A DNA stretch of 64,000 nucleotides from a virus, in IMG/VR virus record IMGVR_UViG_3300031576_000008, positions 41,994 to 105,993 of that record; one strand, given 5' to 3'. A model generated the notes under the pieces. That model saw nothing but the letters and a program-made list of their open reading frames with translations, was not told the origin of the DNA and ran no database searches. Of this stretch, positions 28,650 to 36,743 are shown piece by piece. The number at the start of each line of letters is the position of its first letter. The stretch's first letter is position 1. The position numbers were made by a program, and so were the translations under genes.

Positions 28650-29897
28650 TTAGGTGCCCGAATGCCCCAGATCGCCGCTCGTGACGTGGTTGTGCTCGTA
28701 TCCCTTGAGCGGGCACTTCTCGCCGCAGTCGGGCGTCAGGCTCAGGATTTCGGTGATCTTGACTTCTCCCTCCTTGGTCTGGCCTCCTTCCTCACTCTTG
28801 ACCTCATTCTTGTCGGAGGACGTCTCCGATTCGATCTCTCCCACGAGCACGTCGTTGGTCATGCTGGCCACGGACTCGACGATGGTCTGCTCGTGGACCG
28901 GCTTCTTGCATTCCGGGCAGTGGAAGGTCACGACTTCCTTCTCGCAGCCCTTGTTGTCGCACTGGAACAGGGCGCGTTTGGACTTGTCCGACGCGAAGAC
29001 GCTCGGGTCCTGCGACCAGATCTCGTAGGCGTCCATGATGATCTTCTGCGGATCGCTCATGAACGCGTCGCTGACCTCGTCGTTCATCGACTCGACCTGA
29101 TCGATGTGGTCCTCCGGGAAGAGGTGTTGCGATCCCTTCTCGAACTGCCCACGGCGGTTCCTCGACGAGCCCCTCCAGTCTTCTCCATGGCGGTAGCGGT
29201 CCGGCCAGTAGTTGTGGATTGTGGTGACCGGCTTGAGCTTGGCACAAGCGTCGCAGTTGCCGACGTGGAACCTCTGCTTCCATTCCTCGGGGAAGTCGTC
29301 GTCCCCGTCACAAGCCGAGAAGTCGAACACGTGGTCGGGGTTGATTGAGAAGCGGTTGCCCCGGATCGTGCCGTAGACCATGGGGTCGCAGGTCATGATC
29401 GTGAAGTCCCGGACGACGATGAAAAGGCCGTTGTTCTTCACCTCGTCCTTGTGATCGGTCCCGGAGTGCTCGGACGACCCGAACTTGGGATGGCTGTGAA
29501 CGTCGCCGACGATTCCGCAGGCCTCTGCGGGGTGCATCTCCGGGTGGTAGCAGACGCCGCCGGCCGAGTCCCACTGCTCGGGGCAGATGAGCCCCCACTT
29601 CTCATTCCTGTACGTGAAGGCGATGAATCCCTCGCTCTTGTGCTCGTCGTAGCACCAGCGCAGGAACTTCAGGGCCTTCTTCCAGAGGGAGATCGGGATC
29701 GGCTTGAACTTGATGTAGATCTCCTCCTCGACCTTCGGCTTGGACGCGTCCGCCTCGACCCTGTTCCAGCAGTGGTAGATTCCGTCCGCGATCTGCATGG
29801 CATTGGAAAAGAAATCGCCCTTGAACTTCACGACTCCCTTGTAGAGGTCATCCTCGTACTTCTGGAAGATGCCGTTCGAACCGACGATGAGGTCCAC
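28650..29897 (-). CDS. JAB/JAMM peptidase (PRTRC protein A-like) with Cys-rich tail
   Basis: VGSNGIF N-terminus; SEG; DVHSHP..HSGTDHKDE (HxH-x7-8-S-x2-D). Confidence 0.85.
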   Translation of the reverse strand: MDLIVGSNGIFQKYEDDLYKGVVKFKGDFFSNAMQIADGIYHCWNRVEADASKPKVEEEIYIKFKPIPISLWKKALKFLRWCYDEHKSEGFIAFTYRNEKWGLICPEQWDSAGGVCYHPEMHPAEACGIVGDVHSHPKFGSSEHSGTDHKDEVKNNGLFIVVRDFTIMTCDPMVYGTIRGNRFSINPDHVFDFSACDGDDDFPEEWKQRFHVGNCDACAKLKPVTTIHNYWPDRYRHGEDWRGSSRNRRGQFEKGSQHLFPEDHIDQVESMNDEVSDAFMSDPQKIIMDAYEIWSQDPSVFASDKSKRALFQCDNKGCEKEVVTFHCPECKKPVHEQTIVESVASMTNDVLVGEIESETSSDKNEVKSEEGGQTKEGEVKITEILSLTPDCGEKCPLKGYEHNHVTSGDLGHSGT

Positions 29898-29920
29898 GTG
29901 TGCTCCTTTCAGGTTTGGTA

Positions 29921-30751
29921 TTAACGGCGACGCGGAGTGGACTGTATGAGCTTGCGGACGAGAAGACCCGTGACGTCCTCTTCCTGCTTGGCTTCAGGAT
30001 CGGCATCGTCTTCATCGTTCCCGCACATGTGCGAGATCACTTCTGACAGCGTCCAGTCATCGAGCAACCATGGCAGCTTGAGGACGGCTCTGGGATCTCT
30101 CTTGGAGATGATTTCCCAGCTCTGCAGGAAGCAGGCCGTCGGATCGCCGTTCTCGGTGGCGATTTCGCAGAACTCGGCGCACGTGTGCTTCCCGGCCTGT
30201 CTGACTTCGGCGTCCGGGATGTAATCGGCGAACTCGGTCATGTCGCTGGAGAAGTCCCGCGAGAGGAATGTATTCATGTACTGCTGGGCCGTCTCCATGA
30301 TCGAGCCGCGCACGAGTCCCCGATTTTCTCCGATGCAGATGTGGCCGTAGTCTTCATAGCTGATGTTGGGCATGGGAAGCATGCCGACGAAATCGCGCAG
30401 AGACTTCAGCGGGGCATTGGCGCTCACAGCATGCGCCCTGACAAGCGATCTCTTGCGGAAATAGAAAAGCAGATAGCTGTGCGGCCAGACGAGCGAGTAG
30501 ATGTGCCGTTTCCGGCTGTCGAGGTCGTTGTACCCGACCAGACGCAGCTTGGGGGACAGATAGGCCCCCAAGATCGTCTCCTCGCCGATGAGCGGCATGA
30601 CGAATGCGCATCCCATCTCCGATGGCCAGAAGAACTGGCAGGTCTGCCCCGCCCCGACGATTTTCATGAAGTCCTTGGTCCTACCCTTGGCCGTGATCCT
30701 CCCTTCGATGGTCATCCATTCGCCGTTCTTGATGAAGATCATCTGATCCAT
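29921..30751 (-). CDS. prokaryotic E2 family D-like protein, copy 2
   Basis: LVWPHSYLLF, LPMPNI..GHICIG, FLSRDFS. Confidence 0.75.
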   Translation of the reverse strand: MDQMIFIKNGEWMTIEGRITAKGRTKDFMKIVGAGQTCQFFWPSEMGCAFVMPLIGEETILGAYLSPKLRLVGYNDLDSRKRHIYSLVWPHSYLLFYFRKRSLVRAHAVSANAPLKSLRDFVGMLPMPNISYEDYGHICIGENRGLVRGSIMETAQQYMNTFLSRDFSSDMTEFADYIPDAEVRQAGKHTCAEFCEIATENGDPTACFLQSWEIISKRDPRAVLKLPWLLDDWTLSEVISHMCGNDEDDADPEAKQEEDVTGLLVRKLIQSTPRRR

Positions 30752-30761
30752 GCAGGTCCTC

Positions 30762-31025
30762 CTACGGCCGTTGCATCCGCGCGGCCGTCTGAATCTCGGT
30801 GAGCAATTCCTGCATCTGGGTCAAGTCCGCCGATGCCCCCAAATACTGGTTCTTGATCAGCCAGTCCCTCTGCAGGTCGAGGATCTGGGCGCGGACGATC
30901 CCGAGGTTGGCATTCGTGATCATCCGTCCCGGGTCCCGCAGGACCTGTTCAAGCGTCACCATCTGCCTCCCGCGCTGCCGCACGAGCGCCGACCAGAGGG
31001 TGCGAAAAGCGATGTCATCGCTCAT
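30762..31025 (-). CDS. small helical protein in the Ubl operon
   Basis: 87 aa; abuts the upstream stop. Confidence 0.6.
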   Translation of the reverse strand: MSDDIAFRTLWSALVRQRGRQMVTLEQVLRDPGRMITNANLGIVRAQILDLQRDWLIKNQYLGASADLTQMQELLTEIQTAARMQRP

Positions 31026-31757
31026 CTAGGCCTCCTCTTCCTTGATGTTCCAGAGCTCCCGGATGATCGACTCCAGCGTGTGCTCCACGTGCCAATCGAG
31101 CGCGAGGATTCCGTCCATCCCCTTCTCATCGGAGTACTTCTGCCACTTATCGAGCATCTCCTCGTTGGCCTTGTAGAAGTCGTTCCGCCAGAGCTTCTGA
31201 TCCGGCTGGATCTCCTTGGGCACGAGGGTGAAGTGGTTGTTGATGTGGGCGGTGAACTCGCTCGTGAGGAAGTACTTGAGGTACGAGCCCGCCGTCTCGG
31301 CCGGATCCTGCGTGATCGGCCACATGGCCCGGGTGCCCGTGCAGATGTGCCCGTAGGGCAGCGACAGGTTCGGGAGGGCCGCCATCCCGAGCTGGTCCTT
31401 CATGCTCATGATCTTCTTCTTGGCCACGAGCGCATAGCCGTTTTCGATCGCGCCCCCACGGAAGAAGAGCGCGATGTACATGTGCGGCATGATGATCGAA
31501 TAGGCCGTGCGTGCGTTCGTGTTCTCGTTCAGGTACTGAATGACCCGCTTCTTGGGCTCCATGTACATCAGGAAGAAGCGGCGACGGTCGTGCTGCCCGA
31601 ACGCGGCGCAGCCGGCATCGCCGTACGGCAGGAAGACCGGGGCGAAGCTGAACCGGTTCTGCAGGGACTTGAGGAGTTCGCTCATCGGCCCGTTCGCCAC
31701 GATGCGTCCTTCGAGCGCGTACCACATGCCATCGCGCGCGAAGAGGATCTGTTCCAT
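31026..31757 (-). CDS. prokaryotic E2 family D-like protein, copy 1
   Basis: IIMPHMYIALF, AALPNL..GHICTG, FLTSEFT; start ATG 31757 (GAAAGGA RBS). Confidence 0.75.
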   Translation of the reverse strand: MEQILFARDGMWYALEGRIVANGPMSELLKSLQNRFSFAPVFLPYGDAGCAAFGQHDRRRFFLMYMEPKKRVIQYLNENTNARTAYSIIMPHMYIALFFRGGAIENGYALVAKKKIMSMKDQLGMAALPNLSLPYGHICTGTRAMWPITQDPAETAGSYLKYFLTSEFTAHINNHFTLVPKEIQPDQKLWRNDFYKANEEMLDKWQKYSDEKGMDGILALDWHVEHTLESIIRELWNIKEEEA

Positions 31758-31791
31758 GATGGGTCCTTTCGTATGGGTTTTTAAGGGGAAT

Positions 31792-31995
31792 GCTTCCATG
31801 CTTGGAGATCCGGGTTTCCAACGGTCTGGACTCCAGATCCCAGTCGAAGAGAGCGGCTGTATGCGACCGGAGACTGGGATCTGGAGTCCAGTCCGGTGGA
31901 AACGGAGGATCTTCCCCCATCTTCAGCCGCATGAGCGAGAACCAATCAGGCGGTGCGCCTGACGTGCTCTTTGTGCAAGAGCGTGCCATGGAAGC
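31792..31995 (-). ncRNA. retron-like ncRNA unit A
   Basis: 9-bp closing IR 31792-31800/31987-31995; G31986 opposite G31801; two short hairpins; UUGG..UGAAGA; long hairpin 31804-31914 with a 20-bp perfect core (31826-31845/31872-31891). Confidence 0.75.
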
Positions 31996-32034
31996 TTGTG
32001 ATGATCAGGCGGGCATCCATCGGATGCCCTCAAG

Positions 32035-32278
32035 CCGGAAAGCAATACTGAAGGCGGAGAAACACCGAGGCGTCAGCGCCGAGGTCTTCTCACGGGATTG
32101 CCCCGTGAGGATTCTCGCGTCCTACTGGTCTACTGCGTATCGTGCAATTCCGTGAGAAGATCGAGGCGATGTCGCCGGGGTGTTTCGCAGCCGAGCTCTT
32201 CTTCACTGGATGCACGTCATTCCAACCGGTCGGATCAACCGGCCTCGCCATACAGCGCGATGTGCTAAAGCTTTCCGG
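32035..32278 (-). ncRNA. retron-like ncRNA unit B
   Basis: 9-bp IR 32035-32043/32270-32278, extended to G32265 opposite G32048; two short hairpins; UUGG..UGAAGA; ~43-bp imperfect hairpin 32059-32186. Confidence 0.75.
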
Positions 32279-32285
32279 GTACTAC

Positions 32286-32567
32286 TCCTTCATGCTTGAA
32301 CCCCAGCACGGCGGGACATCGCCGTGCCGAGGACGGATTCGGAGCCCTGTTCTTCAGGGGTCAGGGGTCCCCTAAGAACAGGGGCAGTAGCGGAGAACCC
32401 ACAGGGCGGGCAGGCGGCCCTTCCGGGCCGCCTGCCGTCCGTTCTCGGCCGGAGATGTCCGGCGGTGCGGGGTTCTTCAGCTGCTTCGTGGCATTGGGTC
32501 ACGAACCAGCCCGACGATGCGCCGGGCCATCCGCATGGATCGCTCCATGCAGCCAGTCCATGAAGGA
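32286..32567 (-). ncRNA. retron-like ncRNA unit C
   Basis: 9-bp IR 32286-32294/32559-32567; G32558 opposite G32295; two short hairpins (one GCGA loop); CUGG..UGAAGA; branched multi-hairpin template region 32298-32475. Confidence 0.75.
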
Positions 32568-32664
32568 AACTTTCACGCTTCGTAATGTACCGGTAGACTG
32601 CTTCTGAGACAGCCTGTAGTCCTGTCCGGCGATGCACCGGACATGGGATGAAGCATCCTATCGA

Positions 32665-32765
32665 TTGCCGTCCCACCCGAGCCGTGCCCTGCTTCAACCA
32701 ATTTAAGTGACATTTCAAATACTCAGACATTCAACTGATTCGCCATTGTGGGCACCGGACGGCAA
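32665..32765 (-). ncRNA. retron-like ncRNA unit D (short)
   Basis: 9-bp IR 32665-32673/32757-32765; G32756 opposite G32674; UUGGUUGAAG; very short template segment. Confidence 0.55.
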
Positions 32766-32798
32766 CGTCACGAATGCAATCAACCCGTGCCGTGAAAG

Positions 32799-33794
32799 TT
32801 AGATCGTTAGCCTTGCGTCGATGATCGCTTCAGCAGCCAAGAGGTCCTTCGAGTACTTGTCGAAGTACTTCGGATTGATATGTCGTGCGAACGAGAACCA
32901 GCCTTTGAGGCTCGTGAGCTCGTTCTTGAGCTCCTTCCAGTCGGTGACGGCCTTGCCCTCCTTGTTGACGCCGAGAACCGCCGCCTTCTTGATCTGATTG
33001 ACGGCGGCGCGATGATTCCTCCTCGCATCACGCGGGATGTTGAGCTTCTCGTTGATGACGATGCCACAGAGGATCTGCCGCCCGCTCTTCTTGCGCATGA
33101 CGTGGAACTTCGCGCGGTTGAGCTTGAATCCGTTGGCTTCGATGATCCGGCAGAGTCCTCCGACGATGCCGACGACCTTGTGCTTGTTGGATGAGAAGGC
33201 CAGATTGTCGGCGTAGCGCGTGTAGCGCCCGTCCTCCGGGCACTGCTCGCGCATGAACTTGGCCAGCTTGAAGTCGATGATCTTGAATGCCATGTTCGCA
33301 AGAAACGGCGAGAGCGCGCTTCCCTGCGGCAGGCCCAGCTTGAACATGTCCAAGGGTGACGGGATGAACGCGAACTGGATCAGGCCCAAGGGCGGCGGAA
33401 TGTCGAGAATCCTCTTCCCCGTGACGGCCTCGGTCGGGAAGATCTTGAACCGCGTCTCCAGTTCTGCAGGCGTCAGGTTCTCCGCCTCCCATGCCCGCTT
33501 GACGTGCTCGGGCGTGACGTTCGGGAAGAAGTCCTTGATGTCCAGATGCACGATGAAGTTCCGCCCGACGTGGGCGGAGGCGTGCTCCTTGATGCCCTTG
33601 TTGCGCACGAAGCCTGTGGCGTAGGGACCGGCACCGATCCCGGTGCGGTACTCGTTGTACAGCAGCTGACGCTGCTTCATCTTGAGGTCGTCGTCAGGCG
33701 CGTGGATGATGCGCAGTCCGCCGCTCGCCTTGGGAATGACGATCCGCTTGTAGCGCTTCTCCATCAAACGGCAGGCAGCCATGAGCTCTTCCAT
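32799..33794 (-). CDS. retron-type reverse transcriptase (YADN variant)
   Basis: IPKASGGLRIIHAP..LK..Q, region X HASAH, LDIKDFFP, GLPQGSALSP..AN, YTRYADNL, region Y QILCGIVIN; 331 aa from ATG 33794; no maturase or endonuclease domain. Confidence 0.92.
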   Translation of the reverse strand: MEELMAACRLMEKRYKRIVIPKASGGLRIIHAPDDDLKMKQRQLLYNEYRTGIGAGPYATGFVRNKGIKEHASAHVGRNFIVHLDIKDFFPNVTPEHVKRAWEAENLTPAELETRFKIFPTEAVTGKRILDIPPPLGLIQFAFIPSPLDMFKLGLPQGSALSPFLANMAFKIIDFKLAKFMREQCPEDGRYTRYADNLAFSSNKHKVVGIVGGLCRIIEANGFKLNRAKFHVMRKKSGRQILCGIVINEKLNIPRDARRNHRAAVNQIKKAAVLGVNKEGKAVTDWKELKNELTSLKGWFSFARHINPKYFDKYSKDLLAAEAIIDARLTI

Positions 33795-33911
33795 GATCTC
33801 TCCCCCATCCGGGCGGTTCGCCCGGGTCAAATAATTCGGTCCATCTGGCGACGAATTTCTTCGTATTTGCCTCCTAAAGATGCTTTAGGGGCCCTTTTTG
33901 GGCCCGCTGGA

Positions 33912-33957
33912 CAACAAAAAAGGCCGCTAGGAGGAGTTCCCAGCGGCCTTCTTGTTG
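33912..33957 (-). terminator. intrinsic terminator upstream of the RT gene
   Basis: AAGGCCGCT..AGCGGCCTT stem followed by UUUU-GUUGU on the minus strand. Confidence 0.75.
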
Positions 33958-33978
33958 CGACCCTTCCCGTTTCCCGGT

Positions 33979-34530
33979 CTACAGACCGATCGACTGCTCT
34001 TCGTACTTCTTCTTGGCGTACTCGAATCCTTCGACGTCGTCGCTGAAGACGACGAGTCCATGCGAGAACCCGAAGCTCTTGGTCCAGCCCAAGAAGAAGT
34101 CGCCCTTCATCGGGTTGAGCATTTCAGGCTTGAACTCGGTCCGCTTGATGTGGCGGATGTCTTTGTCCTTGAAGACCTCCGCGAAGTCGGCTTCGGCCGG
34201 CGGATTCTTCATGTGCCAGTCCTCGAAGTCCTTGCGCGAGAACTCCGAGCGTTCTGGGTGGATGGCTCCGTAATTCGCGATGGTCCGCCAGAGGAAGAGC
34301 CGCGCGCTCCTCCCATAGACCTCGACATCATGGGCCCCGGACTCCAGCGTCTCGAGACTCGTGTTGACCGATCCGACGAGGTCGGGCGCGCACCAGAGAT
34401 CGGGGTTGCCCTTGACACCTTCGGTATTGTTCCACTTCTCGTCGGCCCATTCTTCCACGCTCTTGTGGAAGTAGACGAACGGCCAGTCATGCTTCGATGA
34501 CAGGTCGTCGCGCGAGACCAGATGAATCAT
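33979..34530 (-). CDS. hypothetical protein
   Basis: Start ATG 34530 (AGGAG RBS). Confidence 0.6.
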   Translation of the reverse strand: MIHLVSRDDLSSKHDWPFVYFHKSVEEWADEKWNNTEGVKGNPDLWCAPDLVGSVNTSLETLESGAHDVEVYGRSARLFLWRTIANYGAIHPERSEFSRKDFEDWHMKNPPAEADFAEVFKDKDIRHIKRTEFKPEMLNPMKGDFFLGWTKSFGFSHGLVVFSDDVEGFEYAKKKYEEQSIGL

Positions 34531-34565
34531 GCGCTCTCCTAGTTTCCCTTCCCATTCGTTCCCGG

Positions 34566-34754
34566 TCATTCCGCACACGCTGCAATCGTCTCGATCACCT
34601 TCAAGTGCTCTTCCGGTGACATCCTCTCCCGGCATTTCTGGCAGTTCGTGACGTGCCGCATCAGATGCTTGAGCTCATCCTCGGACAGGGTCCCCAGCTT
34701 TTCCTGACACTTCGTCAGGACCGTGGCCTTGGTGCAATCCATTCCTCTCTCCAC
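34566..34754 (-). CDS. small zf-HC2 (anti-sigma-like zinc finger) protein
   Basis: CQEKL..HVTNCQKC = C..HxxxCxxC. Confidence 0.6.
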   Translation of the reverse strand: MERGMDCTKATVLTKCQEKLGTLSEDELKHLMRHVTNCQKCRERMSPEEHLKVIETIAACAE

Positions 34755-34769
34755 CTCTCCATGCTTGGA

Positions 34770-35159
34770 TCAAACGACCGTCTCCTCAAATCTCCTGCTC
34801 CATTCCAACCATGCGAACGTCCGGCATCCCAGACAGCTCTTCACGTGGACTGTCGGCAGCCAGTCATTCGCGTCCTGCTGCAGATGGGCGATCTCCGACA
34901 CCGAGAGACACTCGGACCCCATGGTGTAGGAATGTGTCAGATCCGGCAGCCGCTTCTTCAGCTCGTTTTCGATCTTGGGCAGGCGCTTGGCCCGCTCTTT
35001 GTCGAAGGAGTAAAAGAAGGCGACGAGCTTCTCAAGAAACTCCTTGGCCTTCAAGGTCTTTTCCTTGTCGTAGTGCTGCCGGATCGTGGGGTTGTACTTG
35101 AGCGCCTCTGCCATGAGATCGTATTCGCTCTTCGAGAAATGTCGTTTCCTGTCGCTCAT
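34770..35159 (-). CDS. protein with a C-terminal zf-HC2-like motif
   Basis: CLSVSEI..HVKSCLGC. Confidence 0.55.
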   Translation of the reverse strand: MSDRKRHFSKSEYDLMAEALKYNPTIRQHYDKEKTLKAKEFLEKLVAFFYSFDKERAKRLPKIENELKKRLPDLTHSYTMGSECLSVSEIAHLQQDANDWLPTVHVKSCLGCRTFAWLEWSRRFEETVV

Positions 35160-35445
35160 GGGTTTCCTCCGAAGCCTTCTTCCGCTCGTAGAAATCGAAC
35201 ATCAACGCGGCGAACCACCGCGTCCACGGATCGGATCCGTTGGGGTCCAAGGCTTCTTGACTAGCTTCCGAGTTCCTGCTTGCGTTTCTGGGCCGTCCGT
35301 TCCCAGCGCCGACGCGTCTTCTCGCTGGCGAAGGGATACTCGCGCCCCTCTTGGAGGAGCTTGCAGATCTCCTCGTCCGAGGCCGCCGCCCGCAGCTTGG
35401 AATAGATCCCATCCGTGCGCGACTCCGAGCGTTTGCATTTCACGT

Positions 35446-35859
35446 TCATGAGGAGTTCCTCCAGTCGTCTTCGCTGAACACCTTCTGGCCTATGGCTTCT
35501 TCGATCTTGCGCATGAGCTCGCTGCGCATGGTTCCGATGACCGACTCCGTCTCCGACATCAGGTCCCGGATCTTCCCGATGCGCGCGTCCACCAGCTCCA
35601 ACGCCATCTCTCCAAGCATCCGGTCGTGCTGCTTGTCCCATTCCTCGCAGACCTCGAGGATCGGTATCTCGACCCCATTCCAAAGGAGCTGGACTTCGCA
35701 CTTGCCTTCTTTCCAGTCGACCATCAGCTTGTCGTCATCCTGCACGCTACGTTTTCTGATCTTCGTCATCGCGTTGAGTAGCATGTGCTCGAACATCCCC
35801 TTTCCGCCCGTGGGCGGATTCCTGAACCATTCCGTTACTTCCTTCGGGTCGAACTTCAT
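35446..35859 (-). CDS. hypothetical protein
   Basis: 137 aa; GAGGAG RBS. Confidence 0.6.
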   Translation of the reverse strand: MKFDPKEVTEWFRNPPTGGKGMFEHMLLNAMTKIRKRSVQDDDKLMVDWKEGKCEVQLLWNGVEIPILEVCEEWDKQHDRMLGEMALELVDARIGKIRDLMSETESVIGTMRSELMRKIEEAIGQKVFSEDDWRNSS

Positions 35860-36089
35860 GGGTTGCGTCTCCTCGCTAGAATCCGTGTGCCTTCTTCTCG
35901 CATTCCTTCGAGCAGAACACCTCCTCGAGTGCGACGAAGATCTTGCAGTTGGGACCGCCGCATTTGACGAGCTTCTTCGTCTCGTCCTTGGCGGACACTT
36001 TCTGCTTCTCGTCGGGCTGGGTGCGCATCATGGTTCCTCTCTGGTTGTCTGCCTCTCTCGGACATAGCGGTCGTGGTTCTCCTTTCAGA

Positions 36090-36578
36090 TCAAGATACGT
36101 TTCGGCGTGCGGGCCGGCCGCTGGCCTCGAGCCACTTCTCGTTTACATGCTTGCACTGGTAATTGTCCGTCTCTTCCCAGTCGAGCGCCTGCAGCAACGA
36201 CCACGGCCCTTCGTCAAACGGTATGAAGCTTGGGCCCACTTCCCATGTGACGCGGCGGCATGCCCATCCGCTTTCTCCGTTCGGCCGCCACGCGGGACCC
36301 TTGAGCAGCACCAGCGTGTTGTGTCCTTCGACCACCGGCAGCTTGGCCGAAAGGATCTTGTTCACCCACGTCTCGTTGAAGTACCGACGGACGCCGAATT
36401 CGATGTACGTCCTGACCAGCCGGATTTCGTCATCTGTCGGCATCGTCGACTCCACGTCGATCGAGACGGTCGGGCGCTCGAACATGATGGCCGCGAACGT
36501 GCAGATGCCAAGCCCGCGCCCTTTTGTCACTGGCACCTTGAACGACTCAATGTGCTGGACCTGTTCCTGAGTAAGCAT
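36090..36578 (-). CDS. hypothetical protein
   Basis: Start ATG 36578 (AAGGAG RBS). Confidence 0.6.
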   Translation of the reverse strand: MLTQEQVQHIESFKVPVTKGRGLGICTFAAIMFERPTVSIDVESTMPTDDEIRLVRTYIEFGVRRYFNETWVNKILSAKLPVVEGHNTLVLLKGPAWRPNGESGWACRRVTWEVGPSFIPFDEGPWSLLQALDWEETDNYQCKHVNEKWLEASGRPARRNVS

Positions 36579-36605
36579 CGTTCTCCTTTTCTCAAAAAGT
36601 GCGAA

Positions 36606-36737
36606 ACCTTGCTTGGCCGCAGGGTATTCCCCGAATACCCAAGGCCCGTGCCCTGAACGGCTAGAGAGATGTCCGGCGCGGCGAATCACCGCGCCTGCTC
36701 CGGATGCCAAATCGCATCCGATGAGCGGTGCCAAGGC
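36606..36737. ncRNA. multi-hairpin intergenic element
   Basis: Stems GGGTATTC/GAATACCC, GGCGCGG/CCGCGCC, CGGATGC/GCATCCG, closed by CTTGGC/GCCAAG. Confidence 0.45.
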
Positions 36738-36743
36738 TTCTAG

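Noticed and set aside
31790-32730. ORFs called inside the array (31790..32155, 32142..32375, 32290..32730, 32296..32607)
   Set aside because: No RBS or recognisable motifs; dense inverted repeats explain the sequence better.
31760-33830. Group II intron explanation for the RT plus structured RNA
   Set aside because: The RT has retron-type X/Y regions and no maturase or endonuclease domain; no domain V catalytic hairpin, no GUGYG 5' end and no interrupted gene were found.
31760-33830. Diversity-generating retroelement
   Set aside because: No TR/VR pair differing at adenines and no Avd-like gene seen; the RT motifs are not DGR-type.
33795-33978. Canonical msr-msd upstream of the RT
   Set aside because: Only ~115 nt lie between the upstream terminator and the RT start, with small hairpins and no a1/a2-enclosed msr-msd layout.
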